A DNA stretch of 64,000 nt from Candidatus Phycocordibacter aenigmaticus (GTDB taxonomy: Bacteria; Patescibacteriota; Minisyncoccia; Phycocordibacterales; Phycocordibacteraceae), in the NCBI GenBank assembly GCA_045401115.1, contig CP174359.1, positions 291,247 to 355,246 on the forward strand, written 5' to 3'. How positions within the stretch are numbered: the first letter of the stretch is position 1; the number at the start of each line of letters is the position of its first letter. Below are positions 29,166 through 38,781 of this stretch, piece after piece. Position numbers and translations under genes: made by a program. Below the pieces are notes generated by a model. That model made no database searches and had not been told where the DNA came from. It saw nothing but the letters and a program-made list of their open reading frames with translations.

Positions 29166-30044
29166 ATGAACAAAGACGAAGCACAACGAAGAATTCAAGA
29201 AATCGAAGCGGCTATGGTCCAGCCTGATTTTTGGAATGACTCAGCAAAAGCACAGGAACTCATTAAAGAAATGAAAAATCTCCAGGCAGTTGCTGAGGGC
29301 GGTTCAAAGTATGACGGCGGTGGCGCCACACTGACCATCCTTGGCGGCGCCGGCGGTACCGATGCAGAAGACTTCGCAGCGATATTGTTTCGTATGTACC
29401 AAAGCTATGCCGAAAACAAAGGGTGGGATGTTATGGTGCTTCACGAAAACGCAAATGAGCACGGTGGTTATCGCAACATTACATTTGATGTATTAGGAAA
29501 GAAGGTATATGGCAATTTAAAATATGAATCTGGCGTGCATCGTTTGGTGCGTATCTCTCCGTTTAATTCGAATGCAAAACGACACACGGCGTTCGCGATG
29601 GTTGAAGTGCTTCCAAAAATTGTAGGTGATGAAGAAATTGAACTTAAAGAAGATGAACTTGATGTGCAATTTAGTAAGTCGGGTGGGGCTGGTGGGCAGA
29701 ATGTGAACAAACGCGAAACAGCAGTTCGTGTCGTACATATCCCCACCAATATGTCCGTCAGTGTTTCAAGTGAACGCAGTCAACAAGCAAACCGTGAACA
29801 AGCTATGGAGCTCCTTAAAGCAAAGTTGGTAGCGCGTGAAGAAGAAAAACAAGAAAAAGAAATGCGTGGACACTCGGTGGCCGCCACAACGTCCGCAGAG
29901 TGGGGTAGTCAGATTCGCTCATACGTACTACATCCATATAAGATGGTAAAAGATCATCGCACTGGTGTTGAAGAACGCGATATTGACTCTGTATTAGAAG
30001 GGGACTTGGATAGCTTTATAGACGCAATGCGTTCAGTAGAGTAA
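29166..30044 (+). CDS. prfB: peptide chain release factor 2, no programmed +1 frameshift site detected, domain 1 about 45-50 aa shorter than E. coli RF2
   Basis: SPF tripeptide (RISPFNSNAKRHT), GGQ (SGGAGGQNVNK) and the C-terminal WGSQIRSYV motif. The N-terminus aligns to E. coli RF2 from about residue 27 onward. No upstream CUU-UGA-C in the correct frame. Confidence 0.8.
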   Translation: MNKDEAQRRIQEIEAAMVQPDFWNDSAKAQELIKEMKNLQAVAEGGSKYDGGGATLTILGGAGGTDAEDFAAILFRMYQSYAENKGWDVMVLHENANEHGGYRNITFDVLGKKVYGNLKYESGVHRLVRISPFNSNAKRHTAFAMVEVLPKIVGDEEIELKEDELDVQFSKSGGAGGQNVNKRETAVRVVHIPTNMSVSVSSERSQQANREQAMELLKAKLVAREEEKQEKEMRGHSVAATTSAEWGSQIRSYVLHPYKMVKDHRTGVEERDIDSVLEGDLDSFIDAMRSVE

Positions 30045-30049
30045 CATTA

Positions 30050-30745
30050 GTGTACATAACACATATGATTTATTTCGATGACATCTGCAAGAAGTACACT
30101 GACAACTCTGTTGCTCTTGAAAACGTAACACTCTCTATTGAACCGGAAGAGTTTGTCTCTATTGTCGGTCACGCCGGTGCGGGGAAAACTACAATTCTTA
30201 AAATGATTCTTGCGGAAGAGAAACCTTCATCAGGAGCGGTATTTTTTGAATCAGTAAACATTCATAATATTCCTCGTTCCAAACTCCACACCCTTCGCCG
30301 GAAGATGGGTACAGTGTTTCAGGATTTCAGACTCATACCGCACATGACCGCATATGAGAATATTGCTTTTGCTATGGAGGCAGCCGGTCGTTCTGATGAA
30401 GAGATTGCCGCAGATGTGCCACACGTACTCGACCTTGTTGATCTTTCTAATAAAGCGTGGAATTTTCCGTATGAACTCTCCGGAGGTGAACGCCAGCGTG
30501 TTGCTATTGGTCGCGCTATCGTGAATCAGCCCGATGTGCTCTTAGCTGATGAGCCAACTGGTAATTTAGATCCAATAAACACCTATCAAGTTGTAGAGAT
30601 TCTTAAACGCATTAACGAACTCGGTACTACCGTGATTCTCACAAGTCATAACAAAGGAGTCATCGATTCCCTTGGGCATCGTGTTATTACTATGGATAAT
30701 GGTCGTGTAGTACGTGACGATAAAGAAGGACGATACGTCTTATAA
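30050..30745 (+). CDS. ftsE: cell division ATP-binding protein FtsE
   Basis: ABC ATPase with Walker A GHAGAGKTT, signature LSGGERQRVAIGRA and Walker B LLADEPTGNLD. About 225 aa. Followed by ftsX. Confidence 0.85.
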   Translation: MYITHMIYFDDICKKYTDNSVALENVTLSIEPEEFVSIVGHAGAGKTTILKMILAEEKPSSGAVFFESVNIHNIPRSKLHTLRRKMGTVFQDFRLIPHMTAYENIAFAMEAAGRSDEEIAADVPHVLDLVDLSNKAWNFPYELSGGERQRVAIGRAIVNQPDVLLADEPTGNLDPINTYQVVEILKRINELGTTVILTSHNKGVIDSLGHRVITMDNGRVVRDDKEGRYVL

Positions 30746-30763
30746 GGTATAATCAAATCAACT

Positions 30764-31681
30764 ATGTGGGTGAGTATTAAAAGAATATTGCGAAGCGGGT
30801 TTGTCAGTTTCTGGCGCAACGGGTTTGTTTCACTTGCAAGTGTCTTTGTTATGACTATGACATTGACCATTATCGGTTCACTCATGTTCCTCAACGGGAT
30901 TGTCGGTCAGTTTGTTGTATATGTGCAAGACAAAGTTGATATTAATGTCTATTTTGTTCCCGCAGCTGAAGAAGAGGCTATTAGCGGTATTACTGAGACG
31001 ATACGTAACTTACCGGAAGTCTCATATGTCGAATATACAACTCGTGATGAGGTGTTAGAGAATTTCCGTGAACGGCATCGTGACGATCAACTCACATTAC
31101 AGGCGATCGATGAGCTGGGAGATAACCCATTTGGTGCCACGCTTTCTATTAAAGCAAAAGACCCTTCACAATATGCTGGGATTGCTCAATTTCTGGAGGA
31201 GCGCATGGAAAGTTCCGAGAGCGAAACATTTATCGATACGATCAATTACGCTCAAAATAAAGTAGTTATTGACCAACTTCAGGCACTCACTAATTATGTC
31301 GAACGTTTTGGGTACGTCATTATTATTTTATTCTCTTTAGCGTCAATATTAATTACATTTAACACGCTTCGTCTTGCTATTTATACAGCGAGAGAAGAAA
31401 TCAGCGTCATGCGTCTTATGGGTGCCTCAAACGGATATATTCGCGGTCCGTTCCTTGTTGAAGGAACACTCTATGGGGTAATTTCTGGGTTGGTATCTCT
31501 TATATTATTTGTACCAATTACACTCTTTTTACGTGACGCCACCATTGCGGCATTTGGTACGGATATATTCAATTACTACGTGATGAACCTTCCGGTATTC
31601 ATTGTCACGCTTATTGGTATTGGTGTGGTATTAGGTGCGCTTTCAAGTTTCTTAGCGGTACGAAAATACCTCTCAGTATAA
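30764..31681 (+). CDS. ftsX: cell division permease-like protein FtsX
   Basis: TM1, a large periplasmic domain and three C-terminal TM helices. Position is canonical after ftsE. Confidence 0.8.
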   Translation: MWVSIKRILRSGFVSFWRNGFVSLASVFVMTMTLTIIGSLMFLNGIVGQFVVYVQDKVDINVYFVPAAEEEAISGITETIRNLPEVSYVEYTTRDEVLENFRERHRDDQLTLQAIDELGDNPFGATLSIKAKDPSQYAGIAQFLEERMESSESETFIDTINYAQNKVVIDQLQALTNYVERFGYVIIILFSLASILITFNTLRLAIYTAREEISVMRLMGASNGYIRGPFLVEGTLYGVISGLVSLILFVPITLFLRDATIAAFGTDIFNYYVMNLPVFIVTLIGIGVVLGALSSFLAVRKYLSV

Positions 31682-31746
31682 AAAGGCGGCAGTCATCGTG
31701 TTGAGATGATTTTCATACTGCGTCTGATGCGGTATACTAATGCGAT

Positions 31747-33483
31747 ATGACAGACTCCCGATCACGAAAAAAACGGTCGGGCACTGCTCCCTCTAAAAAA
31801 CAATCTCCTGGCAAAAAACCGCATAAATACCTTTTTGTTATTGGCGGTGTCATGAGTGGTGTGGGGAAGGGTATCGCTACCTCTTCTATAGCGCTGATCC
31901 TGCAATCAAAAGGATACCGTGTGAACACGGTGAAAGTAGACCCCTACTTAAATGTTGACGCCGGTACGATGAACCCAACCGAACACGGTGAAGTGTTTGT
32001 ATTGGAAAGTGGTCTTGAGACCGATCAAGACATGGGGAATTATGAGCGTTTCCTCAATAAACCACTTGGCGCACACGACTACATGACTAGTGGCATGGTG
32101 TACAGCTCAGTTATCGAACGAGAGCGTAACCTTGAGTACGGCGGCAAGTGTGTTGAAGCTATTCCCCATGTGCGCGATGAGATTATGGAGCGGTATCGCG
32201 CAGCAGGTGAAAAAAACGGTTCAGATATTTCAGTTATTGAAGTGGGTGGTACTGTAGGGGATTTTCAAAATGAATTATTTATTGAAGCCGCACGTGCGTT
32301 GAAAGTTGCGCATCCAGAAGATGTGGGCTTTATGCTCGTCTCATATTTACCGATACCAGGCACACTCGGCGAGATGAAAACGCGTCCTACACAAAACGCC
32401 GTGCACCAACTCAACTCATACGGCGTACAAGCAGATGCAATCATCGCGCGTTCAAATTTGCCCCTTGATGCACGACGTAAACAAAAAATTGCCGCAAGTT
32501 CAAATGTGCCGGTAGATCACATCATCTCTGCTCCAGATATCAAAAGTATTTACGAGGTGCCAGTTAATTTTGAAAAAGAAAAAGTAGGTTCTGTAGTGCT
32601 CGATATTTTAAATCTCAAAAGTCGGAAACCTGCAGATCTTACTGAGTGGAAGAAATTTGTTCGTAAGGTAAAAGAGGCTCCTACTGAAGTACGTATTGGT
32701 ATTATTGGTAAATATTTTGATACTGGTGACTTTGTATTATCTGACGCGTACCTCTCAGTTATTGAAGCGTTAAAATTTTCTGCTGCAGCAACAGGCGCAA
32801 AACTCACTATTGATTGGTTGAATGCCAAAGAGTTTGAACAAAAGGGGAAACGACTAACCTCATTAAACCGTTACGATGGATTGTTAGTGCCTGGTGGTTT
32901 TGGTAAGACAGGTATTGAAGGAAAACTGCGTGCCATTAAATATGCGCGCGAAAACAATATTCCATACTTCGGTCTCTGCTACGGTATGCAATTATTAGTT
33001 ATTGAGTATGCACGTAACGTGCTTGGTTTACGCGACGCACATTCCGTCGAGGTAGATCCAAAAACACCACATCCTGTGGTGGATGTCATGCCTGAACAGA
33101 AAGAATTGCTCCAGAAAAAGCATTACGGCGGCACCATGCGCCTCGGTTCATACCCGGCAAAGATAAAGGAAAACACCATCGCGTCGAACGCCTACTTTGA
33201 AAAATCAAAAACTAAAAATAAGAAATCAGAAATTACCGAGCGTCACCGTCACCGCTATGAAGTAAACCCAGAATATGTGACGCAGCTTGAAAAAGCAGGG
33301 TTGGTTTTCTCGGGGACTTCACCCGACGGGGTACTGATGGAAATTGCTGAACTTTCAAAAAAAGATCATCCATTTATGCTTGGTGCCCAGTTCCACCCCG
33401 AGTTTCAGGCGCGTCCGCTTAGCCCACATCCACTGTTTACCGCGTTTCTCAAAGCGGCACTCACACAAAAGAAAGGTACATAG
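31747..33483 (+). CDS. pyrG: CTP synthase (Lys-rich N-terminal extension)
   Basis: Synthetase domain GGVMSGVGKGI. Glutamine amidotransferase GLCYGMQ and H...E. Confidence 0.9.
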   Translation: MTDSRSRKKRSGTAPSKKQSPGKKPHKYLFVIGGVMSGVGKGIATSSIALILQSKGYRVNTVKVDPYLNVDAGTMNPTEHGEVFVLESGLETDQDMGNYERFLNKPLGAHDYMTSGMVYSSVIERERNLEYGGKCVEAIPHVRDEIMERYRAAGEKNGSDISVIEVGGTVGDFQNELFIEAARALKVAHPEDVGFMLVSYLPIPGTLGEMKTRPTQNAVHQLNSYGVQADAIIARSNLPLDARRKQKIAASSNVPVDHIISAPDIKSIYEVPVNFEKEKVGSVVLDILNLKSRKPADLTEWKKFVRKVKEAPTEVRIGIIGKYFDTGDFVLSDAYLSVIEALKFSAAATGAKLTIDWLNAKEFEQKGKRLTSLNRYDGLLVPGGFGKTGIEGKLRAIKYARENNIPYFGLCYGMQLLVIEYARNVLGLRDAHSVEVDPKTPHPVVDVMPEQKELLQKKHYGGTMRLGSYPAKIKENTIASNAYFEKSKTKNKKSEITERHRHRYEVNPEYVTQLEKAGLVFSGTSPDGVLMEIAELSKKDHPFMLGAQFHPEFQARPLSPHPLFTAFLKAALTQKKGT

Positions 33484-33513
33484 GTTACATAGAGGCGGTG
33501 GTATCATAAAGAC

Positions 33514-33963
33514 ATGATTTTTATACACCTCGGTGCTCTACTTGTCTTATTCGTCACCGTACTTGTTGCTGATCACTATGTGTTTTCATGGATTCGTGGC
33601 AAGAAGGAAACGCTTTCAGAGAAAAAACTACACATATTGCACACACTTGTGTGGGTAGGGCTTGTCAGCATGATGGTTTCAGGTGTTTGGATGGCGTGGC
33701 CGTTAAAAGATTACTTTGCCACCTCGCTCGCGTTTTACATTAAAATGGCGTTTGTTCTTGCTCTCGTTATAAACGGGTTGGTTATTGGTAAGTTGTTGTC
33801 TGTCACCACGCGCACCCCATTTGCCGAACTGACACCAAAAGAACGACTTCCTATTTTAATCAGTGGTGCTGTATCGACCACTAGTTGGGTTGGGGCGTTT
33901 ATCGCCGCATTGTTTATGACCACATCCGGCTGGTTAGTTTACTTCTTTTCACTCATCTTTTAA
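33514..33963 (+). CDS. hypothetical membrane protein (4 TM)
   Basis: Hydrophobic ORF with no recognised family. Confidence 0.35.
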   Translation: MIFIHLGALLVLFVTVLVADHYVFSWIRGKKETLSEKKLHILHTLVWVGLVSMMVSGVWMAWPLKDYFATSLAFYIKMAFVLALVINGLVIGKLLSVTTRTPFAELTPKERLPILISGAVSTTSWVGAFIAALFMTTSGWLVYFFSLIF

Positions 33964-34037
33964 TTTTAAATATTTTGCTACTATCAACAAAAAACACCCC
34001 GTAAATCGGGGTGTTTTTAAAAGAACAAGCGTTCTTA

Positions 34038-34526
34038 CTATTCAGAGATAGTAATAGTACCCACCATGCCTTGTTCTCGGTGATTACCCACTGAACAGTA
34101 GTAGGTAAACTCACCAGCTTCAGAAGCGGTAAATTGTATAACAGTTTGACCGCCAGCCTCAATGCGTTCACTTGCTACCCCAAGCTCGTCGATAACAAAG
34201 TCATGGGTTCCTTCACTACTCGTCAAAACAAGACGCACCACATCACCGCGGCTTACGTTCATGTCCTTCACTGAGTACGCAAAGTTAGTGCCGTCAATGG
34301 CAAACTCTTGCAGTTGGCCACCTTCAGGAATTTCAAGATTAGCCTCACCATTCACTGCAGCATCGCCGCCAATGAGTCCATTGTCAGGTTGTTCGCTTCC
34401 CTCAGGCATAGTACCTGCCGGAGAACCGTTATTATTTCCTTCTGGGTTCATAGTTTCAGGAGCGAAATAGTAATACGCGGCACCGAGCACCACTACCGCA
34501 ATAATAATTCCAATAAATGCTTTCAT
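34038..34526 (-). CDS. secreted/anchored type-1 copper cupredoxin (plastocyanin/azurin family)
   Basis: C-terminal ligand set H...YYCSVGNHREQGM (Cys-x2-His-x4-Met) after an N-terminal TM/signal and a Gly/Pro-rich linker. Confidence 0.65.
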   Translation of the reverse strand: MKAFIGIIIAVVVLGAAYYYFAPETMNPEGNNNGSPAGTMPEGSEQPDNGLIGGDAAVNGEANLEIPEGGQLQEFAIDGTNFAYSVKDMNVSRGDVVRLVLTSSEGTHDFVIDELGVASERIEAGGQTVIQFTASEAGEFTYYCSVGNHREQGMVGTITISE

Positions 34527-34625
34527 ATAATCTATATTATTAATCTGTAATAGTTACAGTATACCGTACACCTTTAGTATGCCTGTAGTTGAAATAAACC
34601 CTTTTTTCAGCTACTCTGCCTTTAT

Positions 34626-34651
34626 TGCCGGATTGTCTAATGGTGGGAATG
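34626..34651 (+). repeat. truncated 5-prime pseudo-copy of tRNA-Gln (first about 25 nt) running into a hairpin
   Basis: TGCCGGATTGTCTAATGGTGGGAATG versus the intact gene TGCCGGATCGTCTAATGGCAGGACG. Confidence 0.5.
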
Positions 34652-34716
34652 AAAAAGAATCTGCTTTCTTTTTCATCCGGTTCCATTAGGAAATCGCGGT
34701 TGTTTGTGAGTTTAGT

Positions 34717-34787
34717 TGCCGGATCGTCTAATGGCAGGACGCTTGGTTCTGGTCCAAGAAATCGGGGTTCGAGTCCCTGTCCGGCAA
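34717..34787 (+). tRNA. tRNA-Gln (anticodon CTG), U1:A72, 3-bp D-stem
   Basis: TGCCGGA-TC-GTC-TAATGGCAG-GAC-G-CTTGG-TTCTGGT-CCAAG-AAAT-CGGGG-TTCGAGT-CCCTG-TCCGGCA-A. Confidence 0.75.
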
Positions 34788-34811
34788 CTAAGGCCACAAA
34801 CCCGCGATAGG

Positions 34812-34856
34812 GGTTCTGGTCCAAGAAATCGGGGTTCGAGTCCCTGTCCGGCAACT
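34812..34856 (+). repeat. direct duplicate of the 3-prime 45 nt of tRNA-Gln (anticodon loop to acceptor end), att-like
   Basis: GGTTCTGGTCCAAGAAATCGGGGTTCGAGTCCCTGTCCGGCAACT is repeated 22 nt downstream of the intact gene. Confidence 0.6.
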
Positions 34857-34860
34857 AGAG

Positions 34861-34886
34861 AAAAAGCCGCTTTAGCGGCTTTTTTG
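34861..34886 (+). terminator. rho-independent terminator AAAAAGCCGCTTTAGCGGCTTTTTT
   Basis: Read from the sequence. Confidence 0.7.
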
Positions 34887-35201
34887 TTGCCGTACAAGAA
34901 CAGTGCCTGCGCACTGTTCGAGGGACTCGAACCGCCGGAGGCATGTCGCGCGCAGCGGAGCGAGCACGAAGCCGAGGCGTGGCCCGCGGTCGTTATGAAT
35001 TTTCTTACCTTTAGGTAATAAAATGAATTACGAACCGTCAGGCTCTAGCCCTGTCCGGCAGCATCTTAGGGCACCGTGACCGAAGAGGGTCATTGCCCAA
35101 GAACCTATTCTGAAATTGCATACCTGTTGAGTGCAGTAACCAGACAAAAAACCACCCAAATGGGTGGTTTTTTGTTTTTGTCTCTTAAGTTAATTAGCGC
35201 T

Positions 35202-36524
35202 TCACTTAATGTACTTGTTCCTCGACAAAAACAGTTTCTCACCCAAGAAGATTAGAACTATCGCAATGACTGACACATAAATAACCAATATGTCCGTGCG
35301 AGCTTTTATAATCAAAAACGCTCCAAGTACAACAACGTCAAGAACAATGGCAGTAAGTACGATAAAAGCGTTTGCTTTAATTTTGTGTCGCAGGTGACGG
35401 AATACACCCCAGTGCACTGCGATATCCATGATGAGATAGAAAATTGCGCCTAATGAAGCTATCCTACTCAAATCAAAGAAAACGGTAAGAAGCATGGCGA
35501 GCACGATAGTGTAGACCAGTGTGTGTTTTTGAATATCGCCAGGCATGCCAAAGTGTTTGTGCGGCACAAGCTTCATGTCGGTGAGCATGGCAAGCATTCT
35601 TGAAACAGCAAATGCACTCGCAATAACACCAGAGACGGTTGCAATTATTGCCAACACAACGGTAAACCAAACTCCAAAATTCCCAAGCACAGGCCGTGCG
35701 GTTTCAGCGAGGACAAAGTCTTTATATTGGATTATTTCAGAAGGTGTAAGGTTGAGGGCAACTGCAAGCGCTACGAGAAAATAGACAAACACACAGATGC
35801 CTATAGAAATTATGATGGCACGACCCACATTACGATGTGGTTCTCGTATTTCGGAGCCACTATTGGTAATGGTTGTAAAACCCTTGTATGCAAGTATTGC
35901 AAGCGCAACACCAGCTAAAAAGCCAATAGCATCTGTATTGCTCGCGGTGTTTGTACTGAAAATTTCAAAAGAAAAACCAGAAAGCCATAACCCAACCAGA
36001 CCAAAAAGGGCAATACCACTGATTTTTAGAAACGACATAATGATCGAAAACTTTCCGATCACTCGATTCCCGGAGATGTTTATGATGAACGCGAAAAGAA
36101 GCAGTCCAACACCAAGTGCTGGCACCAACAAGGAGTGTGGATCCACATCAAACAGTCGAAGGACGTACGTTCCAAATGTGCGCGCTACCAAACTTTCATT
36201 GATAACCATAGAAAAGTACATGAGAAGCGCGCCGACTGCTGTGACTGTACCAAGGCCGTATGCTTCTTTGAGAAACATAGCAATACCACCTGCGCTTGGA
36301 AACGCGTTCGACAACTTTATATATGAATACGCACTGAAGGCTGTTACAAATGCGGCAACAATAAACGCAAGCGGGAATAAAGGTCCCGCTAATTCTGCAA
36401 TTTGGCCGGTGAGAGCAAAAATACCAGCACCGATAATTACTGCCGTGCCCATTGAAACCGCACCGATGAGCGACAGGCTGCCCGCCCTATAGTTTGTTTT
36501 TCGTTCACTATGTTCTGGGTGCAT
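35202..36524 (-). CDS. APC superfamily amino acid permease
   Basis: 440 aa, about 12 TM, APC-family glycine-rich TM1 and consensus features. Confidence 0.8.
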   Translation of the reverse strand: MHPEHSERKTNYRAGSLSLIGAVSMGTAVIIGAGIFALTGQIAELAGPLFPLAFIVAAFVTAFSAYSYIKLSNAFPSAGGIAMFLKEAYGLGTVTAVGALLMYFSMVINESLVARTFGTYVLRLFDVDPHSLLVPALGVGLLLFAFIINISGNRVIGKFSIIMSFLKISGIALFGLVGLWLSGFSFEIFSTNTASNTDAIGFLAGVALAILAYKGFTTITNSGSEIREPHRNVGRAIIISIGICVFVYFLVALAVALNLTPSEIIQYKDFVLAETARPVLGNFGVWFTVVLAIIATVSGVIASAFAVSRMLAMLTDMKLVPHKHFGMPGDIQKHTLVYTIVLAMLLTVFFDLSRIASLGAIFYLIMDIAVHWGVFRHLRHKIKANAFIVLTAIVLDVVVLGAFLIIKARTDILVIYVSVIAIVLIFLGEKLFLSRNKYIK

Positions 36525-36580
36525 GAGGTAAAGTATACCCCTTTTGGCGTTGCTTTCTATTTTCCGTTATAATTAGGTTC

Positions 36581-37012
36581 ATGAAATTTTTTGCGTTAGC
36601 AAAAAACAATTTACGACTCTTCGGAATTTTTGTGTTCGGACTGTTTTTGTTAATTGGTTGTGTTGGTCTTCCACATTCAGTGCTCAGTGAGCATGTAAAC
36701 GGAGAAATGGCGCCAGGTTGCCCAGTGATGCCTGGAGCACACTCGCTGTGTCAGATGGATGCTCTTGAACATATTGCTGCTTGGCAAGATACGGTGACCG
36801 CACTCCCATCGCAGTTCGCGAGTGTACTATTAACATTGCTACTTGCTCTCGCTTCAGTTTTTGTTGCCCGTTCATTGGCACTCAATATATATTCGTTCTT
36901 CGAACCCTTTAATGCATCACCCCCGCCTCTTTATGCAGGTATCTTTATACCCATAGCAAATCCTCTCCAGGAAGCATTTTCAAACGGTATTCTTCACCCA
37001 AAGATTTTCTAA
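36581..37012 (+). CDS. hypothetical membrane protein with conserved Cys/His (first gene of the copper/redox cluster)
   Basis: N-terminal TM, then GCPVMPGAHSLCQMD, then a C-terminal TM. Confidence 0.3.
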   Translation: MKFFALAKNNLRLFGIFVFGLFLLIGCVGLPHSVLSEHVNGEMAPGCPVMPGAHSLCQMDALEHIAAWQDTVTALPSQFASVLLTLLLALASVFVARSLALNIYSFFEPFNASPPPLYAGIFIPIANPLQEAFSNGILHPKIF

Positions 37013-37090
37013 TTTTTTGTATATCCACCTCTTGAATCCAGATATTGGTGGTTTTTTTATTTACCCTTAACAGAAAAGTAATACTTAATT

Positions 37091-37822
37091 ATGGAACAAT
37101 TAAAAACAACAAATAGCTTAGCAATCCCCATAGCCATTGTCATAGCAGGAGTTTTGGTTGCAGCGGCTCTATTCTTTAGTGGTGGACAAAGCGCTGCACC
37201 AACAGCAGGAAACCAACAAGTGGACCAACAACCACAACAGCAAACTGGGTCAACCGATCAAGTTAGTCCAGTGACATCAGAAGACCACATTCGTGGGAAT
37301 CCTGATGCTCCCGTTAAAATTGTTGAATACTCTGATTTTGAGTGTCCGTTCTGTAAGCGATTTCACGAGACCATGAATCAGGTCATGGATGAGTACGGTG
37401 CAAGCGGTGAGGTTGCATGGATATATCGGCATTTCCCCTTGGAACAACTTCACCCAGTAAAAGCGGTGCGTGAAGCAGTGGTTTCTGAGTGTGTTGCTGA
37501 ACTTGGCGGAAATGATGCGTTCTGGAAATTTACCGATCGTTTCTTTGAGCTCACGCCATCGAACAATCAAACTAATCTCGAAACAGTTCTTCCGCAAATT
37601 ATTGGAGAGCTCGGACTTTCTCAATCAGCGGTGGACGAATGTGTCGCAAGCGGTAGGTATGATCAGCATGTACAGGATGACTTCACTAACGCAGTTGCAA
37701 CTGGCGGTCAGGGAACACCCTGGAGCATTATTGTCACTCAAAATGGTGATACCTTTCCGCTCTCTGGCGCACAACCATACAGTGCGATAAAACAGCTTAT
37801 TGACCTAGCACTTCAGAATTAA
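37091..37822 (+). CDS. DsbA-family thiol:disulfide oxidoreductase (thioredoxin fold, CPFC)
   Basis: Signal/TM segment, a Gln-rich linker and the FECPFCKRFH active site. Confidence 0.7.
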   Translation: MEQLKTTNSLAIPIAIVIAGVLVAAALFFSGGQSAAPTAGNQQVDQQPQQQTGSTDQVSPVTSEDHIRGNPDAPVKIVEYSDFECPFCKRFHETMNQVMDEYGASGEVAWIYRHFPLEQLHPVKAVREAVVSECVAELGGNDAFWKFTDRFFELTPSNNQTNLETVLPQIIGELGLSQSAVDECVASGRYDQHVQDDFTNAVATGGQGTPWSIIVTQNGDTFPLSGAQPYSAIKQLIDLALQN

Positions 37823-37832
37823 CCAACCTTCT

Positions 37833-38366
37833 ATGGTGCTGTTACAAACCTTCACAAGAAAACCACTCCTTGCGTTGCTCGCAATCTTTGTGGCATGGGT
37901 CGTGTTCACTATTGCTGTGTGGCTTCCTAACTGGCGTTTGGTATTCCAAATGCTCTCAGCTGAAAACATTGCAGTTGCAGACAAAGTCGGTGTTCTCCTC
38001 AGTCTCTACGGCTCTATTGGGACAAACTTCACCGCACTTTCTGCAAGCTACACGGTCGCTATCGCACTCTTGTTCGGTGTGAACGTGGCACTTCTCTACC
38101 ATTACATAAAAACGCGGAAGGGAAGTATGTCAAACAACGCCGCAATGAGTGTGGGTGGTTTTGTGAGCGGTATCTTTGGGGTTGGCTGTGCAGCATGCGG
38201 AACATTTATCCTGAGTTCTATTCTCGGACTCGTGGGAGGGGCTGGAGTTATTGCATTTCTCCCACTCGGTGGAGAGGAGTTTGGCCTCCTTGGTGTTGCA
38301 CTGCTCGGGTACTCCGTGTATAGCATCTCAAAGAAGATCGGAGAGCCGCTTGTTTGTGAGACTTAG
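37833..38366 (+). CDS. membrane protein with CAAC motif (possible DsbA redox partner)
   Basis: Four TM. GCAACGTF lies within a TM helix. Partner role is inference. Confidence 0.3.
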   Translation: MVLLQTFTRKPLLALLAIFVAWVVFTIAVWLPNWRLVFQMLSAENIAVADKVGVLLSLYGSIGTNFTALSASYTVAIALLFGVNVALLYHYIKTRKGSMSNNAAMSVGGFVSGIFGVGCAACGTFILSSILGLVGGAGVIAFLPLGGEEFGLLGVALLGYSVYSISKKIGEPLVCET

Positions 38367-38388
38367 TAATTAATTGTAGAAGAAACAT

Positions 38389-38781
38389 ATGAACAACAAT
38401 ACACAACTGACTGTCGCAGCATCGATTATCGCAGGAGGTCTTATTGTCGCAGCAGTGTTGTTTACCGGAAGCGATGGTCCAAGCACAAAAACATTCAACA
38501 TCGTGATGGAAAATAATCGTTACAATCCATCAGAAATCGTTGCTAGTGTTGGCGATCGAGTAGTCATTAACTTCACTAATCGTGATCCAGTAAGTCACGG
38601 CGTTGCGCTACCTCAGTTCAATGCAACAGTTCCTGGTGGGCATATCCCTGCAGGTGGTAAAGCGCGTATGGAATTTGTTGCTGATAGGAAAGTGAACACT
38701 GACGCTGCGGTGTGTGGTGGTCCGAATCCGAGTGACAAGACTGATAATCACGGTGAAGAGCTTATCGTAAAAGTGATATGA
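38389..38781 (+). CDS. cupredoxin-like domain protein
   Basis: Beta-rich 130-aa protein with His...Cys...His spacing unlike classic T1 copper. Assignment is by fold-like pattern only. Confidence 0.3.
   Translation: MNNNTQLTVAASIIAGGLIVAAVLFTGSDGPSTKTFNIVMENNRYNPSEIVASVGDRVVINFTNRDPVSHGVALPQFNATVPGGHIPAGGKARMEFVADRKVNTDAAVCGGPNPSDKTDNHGEELIVKVI

Noticed and set aside
29040-29170. Programmed +1 frameshift site upstream of prfB
   Set aside because: No CUU UGA C and no stop in the required frame near the start. The frame-2 stop at 29117 is too far upstream to yield a 25-codon leader.
34540-35018. ORFs 34540-34854, 34712-34897 and 34716-35018 in the tRNA-Gln region
   Set aside because: They are composed of tRNA and duplicated tRNA fragments, with Pro/Gly/Arg-rich translations typical of GC-rich non-coding sequence.
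34895-35200. RNase P RNA or SRP RNA in the GC-rich tail after tRNA-Gln
   Set aside because: I looked for P4 (AGUCCGG/CCGGACU), the ACAGARA motif and the SRP domain IV GGAA tetraloop context and found only weak partial matches. The segment is too short for RNase P RNA.
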